Source: an uncultured beta proteobacterium (GTDB lineage Bacteria > Pseudomonadota > Gammaproteobacteria > Burkholderiales > SG8-41). Taken from it: DNA of 64,000 nucleotides. This document shows positions 1-9,894 of this stretch, piece by piece. Location: positions 9,178 to 73,177 of the forward strand of contig CAWHFX010000018.1 of the NCBI GenBank assembly GCA_963828715.1, given 5' to 3'. The notes under the pieces are model-generated. The model was not told where the DNA came from and ran no database searches. It was given only the letters and a program-made list of their open reading frames with translations. A program made the translations under genes and the position numbers. Each line of letters opens with the position of its first letter. The first letter of the stretch is position 1.

Positions 1-268
1 ACCAACGGAAGAGGCGCTCTCCAGAGACCGACCGTCCATGTCGTCGTCTAGTCTGACCCCGGTGTTCGAGAGGATGTCAAGGACCTGCCCACGATATTCC
101 GTGAACTCGGTGTGGCCAAGAGCTCGATTTATTCGGAAATCAGCGGGATCCGAATTGGTGCCGTCAGCAGCCGCAGGAGTCGTGCCGTCGTGAACGCAGT
201 CCGGCAATTCCCGCACTTGCGCTCACGCAGGCTCACCCGGTACGCTCCGCATCCTGGAGGTTTCGCGG

Positions 269-1225
269 ATGGACCTGTCTCGTCGAGAAGTACTTGCCAG
301 TGCTGCGGCCGCCGTCGGCGCCGCGGCGGTGACGTCAATCGTCGCGGAAGCGCAGGGGGCACGCCCGGCCGCGCGAACGCGGCCAGCGAACGAGCCGTTC
401 GGCTATTGCCTGAACACCAGCACGATCCGCGGCAATAATCTGGACCTCCCGGGCGTCATTACCGCGGCGGCGAAGGCGGGGTTCCACGCGATCGAGCCGT
501 GGATCATGGAGATCGATCGCTACACCACCGCCGGCGGCACGCTCAAAGATCTCGGCAAACGAATCGCCGACGCCGGCCTCACCGTGGAAGACGCCATCGC
601 CTTCAATTCGCTGCTCGATGATGACGATACGCGGCGTGCAGCCTCGATGGAGAAGCTGAAGGCCGATATGGACAAGCTGGCGCAGATCGGCGGCAAACGA
701 GTCGCGGTCCCGCCGGGCAACAGCCGCGCCGGCGCCGTCAGCCTTGACAACGCGGCGCGGTACTATCGAGAGGCGCTCGAGATGGGCGAGAAGATGGGCG
801 TCCAGCCGCTGCTCGAACTCTGGGGCACGCACCCCGTGCTCGGCCCGCTGTCACACGGCATCTATGTGACGGTCGCCGCGGGACGCGTTGACGCCAGCCT
901 GCTGCTCGATGTGTTTCACCTGTATAAGAGCGGGACGCCGTTCACCGCGCTGAAACAGATCAACGGTGCGTCGCTGCACGTGATGCATCTCAACGATTAT
1001 CCGCAGGCCGCCGATCCGTCCACGCTCAACGACGGAAATCGGATCTACCCGGGGGACGGTGCCGCGCCACTCGCTCAGATTCTGCGCGATCTGCGCGACA
1101 ACGGCTTTCGCGGGTATCTCTCGCTGGAGCTGTTCAACAAGGAGTACTGGGCGAAGAGTGCGGACGACAATCTCAAGACCGCGATGGAAAAGATTCGCGC
1201 CACAGTGCGCGCGGCGATGGCCTAA
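269..1225 (+). CDS. Tat-exported sugar phosphate isomerase/epimerase (xylose-isomerase-like TIM barrel)
   Basis: Intact 318-aa ORF. N-terminus MDLSRREVLASAAAAVGAAAV looks like a twin-arginine-type leader. The body resembles xylose-isomerase-like TIM-barrel proteins. Same architecture as 23880..24794. Confidence 0.75.
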   Translation: MDLSRREVLASAAAAVGAAAVTSIVAEAQGARPAARTRPANEPFGYCLNTSTIRGNNLDLPGVITAAAKAGFHAIEPWIMEIDRYTTAGGTLKDLGKRIADAGLTVEDAIAFNSLLDDDDTRRAASMEKLKADMDKLAQIGGKRVAVPPGNSRAGAVSLDNAARYYREALEMGEKMGVQPLLELWGTHPVLGPLSHGIYVTVAAGRVDASLLLDVFHLYKSGTPFTALKQINGASLHVMHLNDYPQAADPSTLNDGNRIYPGDGAAPLAQILRDLRDNGFRGYLSLELFNKEYWAKSADDNLKTAMEKIRATVRAAMA

Positions 1226-1232
1226 CCAGAAT

Positions 1233-1316
1233 GGGTGCTACAGGGTGCTACAGAGGGTTCTATAAGGTTCTACGGGGTTCTACAAGGTTCGTTCTTACCG
1301 GGTTCTGCCAGGGTCC
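1233..1316 (+). repeat. 10-bp-phased GGTTCTAC-type repeat array (left arm)
   Basis: gggtgctaca gggtgctaca gagggttc tataaggttc tacggggttc tacaaggttc ... ggttctgcc. The GGTTC(T)AC core recurs every 10 nt. The last units overlap the 3' end of the 3D-domain gene. Confidence 0.8.
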
Positions 1317-1681
1317 ACAATTGTTACCTGAACGGAGCGGCGGCCGAAGCGTCGTGCCGCCGCGCAATCGGCGACGTACAGATCCACTTGTCGATTGCGC
1401 ACCCGAGGACCGGTGTCGAGAACGCGGTAGATCCCGTTGTATGGCACAGCGCCTTCAATCCGAATCACCGTTCCAATAGGCAGCACCTTTGGATCTGCCG
1501 CGACAACGCCTGTGGAGACCGGGGCGCCGGACGCTGTCACCCGGCCGGTGCAATACGCGGTGGCCGTGAAGTTCTGAGGTTGAGCGCTGGGCACTGGCGG
1601 TGCGGTGACCGGGGGCGTCCGCTTGGCGCACGCGGCCAGCAGCAACAGGAAGACGAGTGCATGTCGCCTGAGAGCAGTCAA
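1295..1681 (-). CDS. 3D-domain (MltA/RlpA-like) lipoprotein
   Basis: 128-aa ORF. It has a signal peptide plus lipobox-like LLLLAACA. FTATAYC...SGAPV..GVVAADPKVLPIGT...YRVLDTG...VDLY is typical of 3D-domain proteins. Confidence 0.75.
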   Translation of the reverse strand: MTALRRHALVFLLLLAACAKRTPPVTAPPVPSAQPQNFTATAYCTGRVTASGAPVSTGVVAADPKVLPIGTVIRIEGAVPYNGIYRVLDTGPRVRNRQVDLYVADCAAARRFGRRSVQVTIVDPGRTR

Positions 1682-1720
1682 TGGCCAGTCTGGATAGTCG
1701 ATTCTGCTGGATTCTGCCAG

Positions 1721-1762
1721 GCGAACGAACCCTGCAGAACCTCGTAGAACCTCGTCGAACCC
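1721..1762 (-). repeat. 10-bp-phased GTAGAACC repeat array (right arm, inverted relative to 1233..1316)
   Basis: gcgaacgaac cctgcagaac ctcgtagaac ctcgtcgaac cc. Exact 10-nt period. It is the reverse complement of the GGTTCTAC units on the other side of the 3D gene. Confidence 0.8.
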
Positions 1763-1765
1763 GAT

Positions 1766-2456
1766 TTAAGTGATCTGAGCCGCAATCGCGCCGACGCCTT
1801 CGATCGATCCTTCGAGCCGATCGCCCGGCTTCACCGGGCCGACGCCTTCCGGTGTGCCGGTGTAAATGAGATCGCCCGGTTGGAGATGGTAGTACCTGCG
1901 ACAGGTGCGCGATGACGGCTGGGACACTGTGAATCAACTGCGAGATGTCGGATGACTGCTTCGTCTGACCGTTGACGCGCAGCTCGATGCGCGCGTGATT
2001 GGGATGACCGATGTCGACGGCGGGTGCGATTTCGCCGAGCACCGCTGACTGCTCGACGTCTTTTGCGATGTCCCACGGTCGCTGCTTTTCTTTCGCGACC
2101 GATTGCAGATCACGACGGGTCATGTCCAGCCCGCACGCATAACCAAACACGTGGTCCAGCGCCTCGGCGTCAGCAACCCGAAACCCCGGCTTGCCGATCG
2201 CGACGACCAGCTCCATCTCGTAGTGATAGTTCGTCGTGCCGGGAGGATAGGCAATGTTCGATCCCGAAGGCGCGTAGTGCTCCGATGCCTTCATGAAATA
2301 GAACGGCGCCTCGCGATCGACAGCACCGCCCATCTCTCTGGCGTGCGCCTCGTAGTTACGACCGACACAAAAGATCCGGCGAACGGGAAATCGCTCCGCA
2401 CGTCCGCGGATCGGCGCCGCGACCGGTGACGGAGGTGGAAAGACGAATTCAGTCAC
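1766..2456 (-). pseudogene. Fumarylacetoacetate hydrolase (FAH) family protein, one frameshift
   Basis: N-terminal frame reads MTEFVFPPP...RIFCVGRNYEAHAREMG...ELVVAIGK...AVIAHLSQ. Past an extra base near 1895 (caG|Gtac on the minus strand), a second frame reads [42 protein letters not shown] with its stop at 1766..1768. Total length is 3n+1. Confidence 0.85.
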
Positions 2457-2528
2457 GGGGACGGGCCTCTCTGCTGGTGGTGCGCACGCGCTGGATCATA
2501 CCTTCTTGTTCAAGCGCAGGATGGGCCG

Positions 2529-5250
2529 CTACTGCGGCGCCCGTCCGTCCGACGAAGCCGTCTGCTTCAGCACCTCGAACCAGTTGACGATCACGTGTGG
2601 GATGGCTGGTCTCTCCGGGAGTCCTTTGAGCAGCAGGAATCGGCCATCCGATGCGACGTCGAATTCTTCCAGGCCAAGTCCGTCGACGCCGCCGGAGTCA
2701 GGAACATCGAGCAGGAGTTGGGGACGAACACCGGCAAGTCCGTCCTTGCCCACCTTGACCACGAACATGTGCCGTCGATTGGAACCAAGGCCGCGATAGA
2801 AGAGCTCGGTGCTGTCACGAGACCATCGCAGCGGGCTGCTGCCGGCGGTCGAGACCTGCCAGCGTGTGCTCGAGACGTTTGGATACGGGCTGACGTAGAT
2901 CTCACTGATGCCCGACTCGCTCGACCGGTACGCCAGCCAGCGTCCGTCGGGCGAGAGCCTCGGGGTGCGCGCACGGGCCACGAGCATCTGCGCCTGACCC
3001 GTTGCCAGGTCCAGCACCTTGACGCCATCCGCATCCGTGCCAGTGACCGAGTAGATGATCTTCGTGCCGTCGGCAGAAACGGACGCCGGGTATTCTCCGC
3101 CGCTCGCGTAGGCCTGCGCGAGTGGACCCGCGGTTACCTGCGTTGGCGTCCCGGCACCATCAGCGCGCTGTCGGAACAGCCGCCCAAGCGCACCGAGCTG
3201 CGGACGCGACGCAAAGAGAAGGGTCCCGCCGTCGGCCGTCCACAGCGGCGTTTCGCTGATGCCCGCGTCGCGGGTGATGGTACTGAGCGCATGGCGCGCG
3301 AAGTCCCACACCACGATGTTCTGCTTCCCCATCGTCGCCGACTGCTCCAGCGCGACGCGCGTCATGTCAGGCGACAGCACCGGTCTACCGTATGGGCCGC
3401 GCGGCAGCTCGATCGTCGTCGTTTTCCCCGAGCGGTCCACCCACAGCAGGTCGGCATCCGTGCGTCTCTCTGAATTCGGGATGTAGGCCAAGGTGCCCGT
3501 CGAGGACACGCTGAAGTGCGCGGCACCGCCGTTGTTGAAGCGGATACCGGGCATCACCGCGACCGATGGGCCGGTCACTTCGAGGCGTGTTCGGTCGAAT
3601 GGGGCGGCCATGAGCACGCCGGTTCTCAGATAGAGAAGATGGCCGGTCGGCGAGTAGACGGCGGAGTGCCCGGTCCGATCCATCAGGACCCGCCACTTCT
3701 TCGTCGGCAGATCGACGATTCCGATCCGGACCTCCTCCAGAGAGCCCTTGAAGATCGTAAAGAGGTACCGCGCGAGTCCCCGCAACAACGCTTGGAAACC
3801 TGTGCGCAACCTCGCCGGCCGATCGATCGACCGTCGTGATCTGTTCGCGCGGTCCACCGGTCTCCGCCATGCGCGAGATGCCGGAGCCGCCCCCGGAATA
3901 GATGTAACCGTCAGCCGACCAGACCACGCCGCGATCGTTCGTGTCGATGGGGCCGATCTCGAACGGTTGACCGCCGGTGACGGCCGTGCGCCAGAGCCTT
4001 CCACTCGAGACGAATCCGATCTGCGAGCTGTCCGGTGAAAAGAACGGGTTATAGGGGTTCTCGGCCGACGACGACACGATGCGCACGTCATCGCCGCGCA
4101 GGTCCCGAACGTATACCTGCGGACCGGCGCGATCGACGGCGACGTACGCGAGATGAGTTCCGTCGGGCGAGATCGCCACCCCCGGCCCGCTCGGGCCGTC
4201 CCAGCTCACATCCTCGGGCCATTCGATCGTGAGTTTCAGCGCCGGCAGCGACCTGGGAACGGGCCACATTCTCCATGCAACCGTCCCGGCGATGACCGCG
4301 CCGGCCACGAGGCCGGCCGCAAGCATGCCCCACGAGACGCTCGCGCGTCTGGCGCTCTGAGTCAGGGAAGGTGTTCCAGCGGATCGCGACACCTCGGTGG
4401 CGTCTCGAATCTCGAGACGCGCGACGCCGATGTCGGACAAGCGATCCTTCGCGTCTTTGCTGAGGCATCGTCGCAGGAGGCGATGCACCGATGCGGGCGT
4501 CTCGTCAGGAAGAGCGGACCAGTCGGGTTCGCCTCGCACGACGGCGGCGAGAATGTCGGTAATGTTGTCACCCGGAAATACCATCTTCCCGGTCAGCATC
4601 TCGAAGAGCACGCACCCGAATGCCCAGATGTCCGTGCGCTTGTCGACTGGCTTCCCTTTCGCCTGCTCGGGCGACATGTAAGCGGCGGTGCCAAGAATGA
4701 CCCCCTGCTGCGAAACATTCGCTCGGACGGTCGGGCTCAGAAATGTCGGAGAATTGCCGTCGGGCGGCGCCACCGCCGCCGCGTCGCGCGCCTTCGCCAG
4801 TCCGAAGTCCAGCACCTTGACCACGCCGTCGATGCGGACCTTGATATTGGCGGGTTTCAGATCGCGATGAATGATGCCGCGCTCGTGCGCGGCTTCGAGA
4901 GCGTCCGCGATCTGTGTGGCGATCGACAGCACGTCGTCGAGCGGCAACGCGCCTCGCGAAATGCGCTCGGCGAGATCTTCGCCCTCGACGAGCTCCATCA
5001 CGAGTCCGGCGCCTTCGAGACCGTACACGTGGGCAATGTTGGGGTGGTTCAGGGACGCGAGCGTTTGCGCCTCGCGCGAGAAGCGGGCGAGGCGCTCGGG
5101 GTCGGCGGCGAACAGGTCGGGAATGATCTTGATCGCAACGTCGCGGTTGAGCGATGTATCACGCGCGCGATAGACCTCGCCCATCCCGCCTGCGCCGATG
5201 ACCGACACAATTTCGTACGAACCGAGCCGGGCACCTGAGGTCAGCGGCAT
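2529..5250 (-). pseudogene. Ser/Thr protein kinase with TM segment and TolB-like beta-propeller region, one frameshift
   Basis: Kinase motifs [34 protein letters not shown] lie in the frame of ORF 3385..5250. Propeller-type SPDG/FSPD repeats lie in the frame of ORF 2529..4091. Removing one base near 3764 joins the frames as ...HRFPSVVAGTRAV|LFTIFKGSLEE. Confidence 0.85.
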
Positions 5251-5294
5251 TGCCGCGAGATTATAGCCTTTGGCTACTCCAGCGTCGCCAGCTG

Positions 5295-8015
5295 TCAGCG
5301 ATCAATGGGTTGCGAACGTTCGCCGTCGTCCACGGCGTCGCGCGCGTGTCCAGCTGGAGGAAGCGCCGCGAGAAACGTCAGGAGCTCGTCGTGATCGACT
5401 GGCTTGACCATGTGGGCGTCGAAGCCGGCTTCGCGGGATTGCGCCGGTCTTCGTCCTGGCCCCAGCCGGTCAGCGCCACCAGCACCAGGTCCTTCCCCCA
5501 CGGCTGCTTGCGGATCTCGCGGCACGCTTCGTAGCCGTTCATTCTCGGCAGGCCGATGTCGAGCAGCACCACGTCGGGACGACGCGCTCGGCCGCCTTGA
5601 TCGCTTCGAGGCCATCGTGCGCCTTCCACGTCTGATGACCCGCCAACTCCAGCAGCATCGCAAGCGATTCGGCGCCGTCGTCGTTGTCGTCGACGATGAG
5701 AACACGACGGGAGACCGCCGTTGGAGTTGCGCGCAGCGACAGGTGCAAGTGGAACTGCCTCGGGTAATGCCGCCGCGAGCGGCAGACGGACGGTGAATTC
5801 GCTGCCGTGGCCGGGCCCGTCGCTACGCGCATCGACGCTGCCGCCGTGCAACTCGACGAGCGTCTTCACCAGCGTGAGTCCGATGCCGAGACCATCCCGA
5901 GAACGTTCCAGCGAAGTATCCACCTGCGCAAACATGTCGAACAGGCGTGGCAAATGTTCCGCGGCAATGCCGATCCCGTTATCACGGACGCGAACGACCG
6001 CCTCGCCATCGCCTTCCTCGACGTTGAGCCACACGTGGCCACCGGGGTCGGTGAACTTGCACGCATTGTTCAAGAGGTTTCCGATCACCTGTGCCAACCT
6101 CGCGGGGTCGGCGTCGAGCTGCAGCGTGCGCGATGGCTGGGTCACGGTCAGCTCGTGGTTCATGCTCCTGTATTGCGCACGAACAGCTTCGACGGCCTGA
6201 TCGACGATCGCCGCGAGATCGACCCGGCGTTTGCGCAGCTCGATGCGGCCGCGCGTGATGCGGCTCATGTCGAGCAGGTCGTCCACCAGCCGTGACATCT
6301 GGCCGACCTGCCGCTCGAGCATGTCGGCTGCCGATTGCACCGCTTCGGCGTCGCCGCCGAGTTGCAGTGCCCGCGCCGCATTGCTGATCGGCGCCAGCGG
6401 GTTCCGCAACTCGTGCGCCAGCATCGCGAGGAACTCGTTCTTGCGTCGGTCCGCCTCGGACAGGTCCGCCGCGAGGCGTCGGAGGTTGTCCTCCAGCCGC
6501 CTCCGCTCGGTCACGTCCTGGCTCACGGTCGCCAACGCGATCGGACGACCCGAGGCGTCCGGCAATGCAAGCACCTTGTACGCCATCCAGCGGGCGTCAC
6601 CGGTTTTGAAGTGGCGGAACCGCACTTCGATCTCACCGTGGCCGCTCTCGAGCACCGACGGAAGGAATTCCTGCGTGATCCGGTGTTGATCTTCCGGAAA
6701 GAAGAACGAGGCCACGGGAGTACGCCGCGCTTCGTCCATGTCGTCGAGTCCGACCATCGCGAGCCCGGCGCGATTGACGAACAACGGCACGCCCGCCATG
6801 TCGCAGATGCCGATGAAGTCGGTGCTGTTTTCGACTAGCGTGACAAACTTCTCCTTCTCGGCCTCGGCTCGTTTGCGGTCGGTGATGTCGCGCACGATCT
6901 TCGACGCGCCAATGACGGTGCCGGCGGCGTTCTTGAGCGGAGAGATCGTCAACGACACAGCAATGTGGCTGCCATCGGCGCGCAGGCGCTCGGTTTCGAA
7001 ATGGTCGATCCGTTCTCCAGCCTTGAGGCTCGCTATGATCCGATCCTCTTCCGAAAGCCGGCCCGGTGGAATGATCAGAGAGATGTGGCGCCCCACGGCC
7101 TGCGCCGCCGGGTAGCCGAAGATCCGCTCGGCACCGGCGTTCCAACTCTGGATGATGCCGTCGAGCGACTTGCTGACGATCGCATCGTCGGACGATTCGA
7201 TAATCGAAGCGAGCAGGCGAGCGGTCATGAACTGCCTCGCCCGTTCTCGCTCGACCCGTCGCGTTTCGGAGACGTCGCGGAAGGTCAGCACGCATCCGGA
7301 CACGACGCCCTCGCTCGTCCCGAATCGGGGCGGCGCTGTCGTCGATCGGGCACTCGTCACCGTCTTTGCGAATCAGCAGGGTGTGATTCGCCAGTCCGAC
7401 AACAACGCCTTCACGAAGCGCCCGGATCGCCGGGTTCGCGACCGGCTGGCGGCTATCCTCGTTGACGATTCGAAATACGTCGTCCAATGGACGGCCGAGC
7501 GCCTCTTGCTGCGTCCAGCCCGTGACCGTTTCGGCCACGGCATTCATGAAGGTCACGCGAGCCTGCACATCGGTCGTGACGACCGCGTCGCCAATGCTGA
7601 GAAGCGTGACCCTCAGAAGCTCGCGCCGTTCGTTCGCCTGCGCCTGCGCCCGGCGGGCCGCTTCACCAAACACGATGATCAGCCCACAGGTGACGAAATA
7701 CGCGAGCATGCCGATCAATCCGGCAACACCGCCCATTGAGAACTGGCGCCTGGGCTGAATGAACAGGTAATCGCAGGCCGCAAAGCCCAGGATGACGACA
7801 GCAATCGCGGGCCTGACGCCACCGATCCACACCGCAGCGGCGACCGCTCCGAAGAGCGTGACGAGCGGCAGCGAGTCACCCATCCAGGGATCGAGCAGGT
7901 ATCGAACCAGAACTGCAGCGCCGATGGCGGCGACTGCCAGCATGTAGATGGTCAGCGGGCTTTGCGGTGTGGTGGTGGATCGTCTAACGAGTGATGGAGT
8001 TGGCTGATCGAGCAT
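5295..8015 (-). pseudogene. Hybrid sensor histidine kinase (membrane DUF4118-like, PAS x3, HisKA, HATPase_c, REC) with at least 4 frameshifts
   Basis: Start MLDQPTPSL at 8015. HisKA motif FLAMLAHELRNPL and HATPase motif DNGIGI..GLGIGL are present. REC pieces RRVLIVDDNDDG / RPDVVLLDIGLPRMNGYE / EAGFDAHMVKPV lie in three different frames. Frame changes are near 7308, between 5712 and 5790, near 5585 and near 5440. Confidence 0.85.
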
Positions 8016-8167
8016 TTCCTCATCAAGAGAGGCCTTGCACGGGCATAGTAGCTCACCATGGCGGCGAGTCAAATCCCGGTCGCACCCGGCACGAATCGAG
8101 CGGCTGAGGTAGCCCCGTGGCTGCACGCTGACGCGTTCTGCCTCAGCGTGCGGTGGGCTGCGGCAGG

Positions 8168-8290
8168 TACGGAGTGCACGGAACGAGATCAACACGGAGT
8201 CACGGGGGCACGGAGGGTAACTACTTTGGGTTTCTCCGTGGCTCCGCGTCTCCGTGTTGATCTTGTCCCGTGTGCTCCGTAACCTCCGTC
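8168..8290. repeat. Long imperfect palindrome built of CACGGAG/CTCCGTG units (hairpin downstream of the NlpC/P60 gene)
   Basis: The left arm tacggagtgcacggaacgagatcaacacggag... pairs with the reverse complement of ...ctccgtgttgatcttgtcccgtgtgctccgtaacctccgtc. The core AGATCAACACGGAG / CTCCGTGTTGATCT is a perfect 14-bp inverted repeat. Confidence 0.75.
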
Positions 8291-8844
8291 TAGCGGCGCG
8301 GTCGCCGCAGAAGCACGTCAGCGATCTGCTCCAGCACCCGGGTCGCGGCCTTCCGCCGCCCGCTTGGCGACGATGTCGGCTGCGGGAGAGGGTCAGGCAC
8401 TTCGAGGGTGTCGTCGCTGTCCGGGATCCTCCTCGCGAACATGAACCGTTCACCCCAATAGTCGTCGTCCAGGCTGTCGCGACGGACGTTTCCGTGTCGC
8501 TTGCTGGCGTCGATCATCACGCCGTTATCCTCGTAGATGCCGACGTGGGTCACGAGCGTTCCTCCGGGATCAGTCGAAAAGAACACGAGGTCGCCGCGCT
8601 GCAGTCGCCGACCGACGGGCTCCCCGGACGCCGACTGGCTGATCGCCCGTCGCGGAAGATCGATGCCGTACTTTCCATACACGTACTGAATGAGCCCCGA
8701 GCAATCGAACGAACTGGGACCCTCGGCTCCCCACGCATAGGGTCGGCCGATCAGGGTGGCGGCCAGGGCGACCGGATCCGCCGAAGCAGGGATAGCGAGC
8801 GAGAGACAACACAGAGCGATCGCGCACGTGGTTCCTGGAGACAC
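8290..8844 (-). CDS. NlpC/P60 (C40) family cell-wall peptidase
   Basis: 184-aa ORF with a signal peptide. GRPYAWGAEGPSSFDCSGLIQYVY (catalytic Cys context) and HVGIY match NlpC/P60. Confidence 0.85.
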   Translation of the reverse strand: MSPGTTCAIALCCLSLAIPASADPVALAATLIGRPYAWGAEGPSSFDCSGLIQYVYGKYGIDLPRRAISQSASGEPVGRRLQRGDLVFFSTDPGGTLVTHVGIYEDNGVMIDASKRHGNVRRDSLDDDYWGERFMFARRIPDSDDTLEVPDPLPQPTSSPSGRRKAATRVLEQIADVLLRRPRR

Positions 8845-9052
8845 GTCGACCTACTTCCCGGAGAGGCAGATTGTGCGGATCGCGAAACGACGCTGGGCAA
8901 AACGAGCGCCAGCACGGCGCCGCGGCAAATCGCACGCCGACACACCGATCGGAATTGATCCCGTGCCGACGAGCTGTCCGGTACGGCGGACGCCAGGCAC
9001 ACTCGTGGTGACACTCTCTGGTGACCGGGCGACGCTCGCACTATCCTGAAGT

Positions 9053-9892
9053 GTGCCCGAACTTCCCGAGGTCGAATCCGTGCGGCGCCGGATCGCGCCG
9101 AGCATGGTGCGCGCGAGGATAGACGCCGTCGACGTTCGGCGGCCAGACTTGCGCCGGCCGTTCCCCCGTCATTTCGCCCAGCGACTCACCGGCCGGACGG
9201 TCGTCGCCCTCGACAGGCGCGCGAAATACCTGGTCGCATCCTTGTCCTCTGGCGAGACCCTCCTGATGCACCTGGGAATGTCGGGTTGGTTTCGGGTGAT
9301 CCGGGACACACGCGTCAGCGGAACCGCCGGCAAGGCGAGGCGGCTTGAACCGCACGATCACGTCGTATTTCACATGTCATCGGGACGGGCGGTCGTCTTC
9401 AACGATCCACGTCGGTTCGGGATGATGGAGCTGGTGCGGGCCAACCATCTGCCCCAGCATCCGGTACTCAGCACGCTTGGACCTGAACCGTTGTCCGACG
9501 CGTTTGACGGTGCGGCGCTCGCACGCGCGTGCCAACGGAAGAAGACCTCGCTCAAGGCGGCGCTGCTGGACCAGCGCGTCGTCGCCGGTCTCGGGAACAT
9601 CTATGCCAGCGAGGCGCTGCACGTTGCCGGGCTCTCGCCACGCCGTCCCGCCTCGATCCTGGCCACCCCTTCGGGAGCTCCACGTCCGGCGGCGCACCGA
9701 CTGGCCGCAGCGGTCAAACAGGTGCTCGAGGATGCGATCGCGCGGCAGTTCAAGCCGGCGTACCGTGAGGCGCGGTTTCTCGTCTACGACCGGCAGGACG
9801 AACGCTGTCCGAAGTCCGGCTGTACCGGCACGATCCGTCGGCGCGTGCAGGCCGGACGATCGACGTTCTATTGCCCGGTGTGTCAGCGCTGA
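9053..9892 (+). CDS. mutM: Formamidopyrimidine-DNA glycosylase
   Basis: N-terminus MPELPEVE, H2TH region, and C-terminal zinc finger CPKSGC...YCPVCQ. 279 aa. Confidence 0.9.
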   Translation: MPELPEVESVRRRIAPSMVRARIDAVDVRRPDLRRPFPRHFAQRLTGRTVVALDRRAKYLVASLSSGETLLMHLGMSGWFRVIRDTRVSGTAGKARRLEPHDHVVFHMSSGRAVVFNDPRRFGMMELVRANHLPQHPVLSTLGPEPLSDAFDGAALARACQRKKTSLKAALLDQRVVAGLGNIYASEALHVAGLSPRRPASILATPSGAPRPAAHRLAAAVKQVLEDAIARQFKPAYREARFLVYDRQDERCPKSGCTGTIRRRVQAGRSTFYCPVCQR

Positions 9893-9894
9893 GG

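Noticed and set aside
1895-3765. Both the FAH and the first kinase frameshifts fall at a GGTAC(C) string, suggesting a site-specific process
   Set aside because: There are only two cases, and the other roughly 19 indels have unrelated contexts. I treat it as coincidence.
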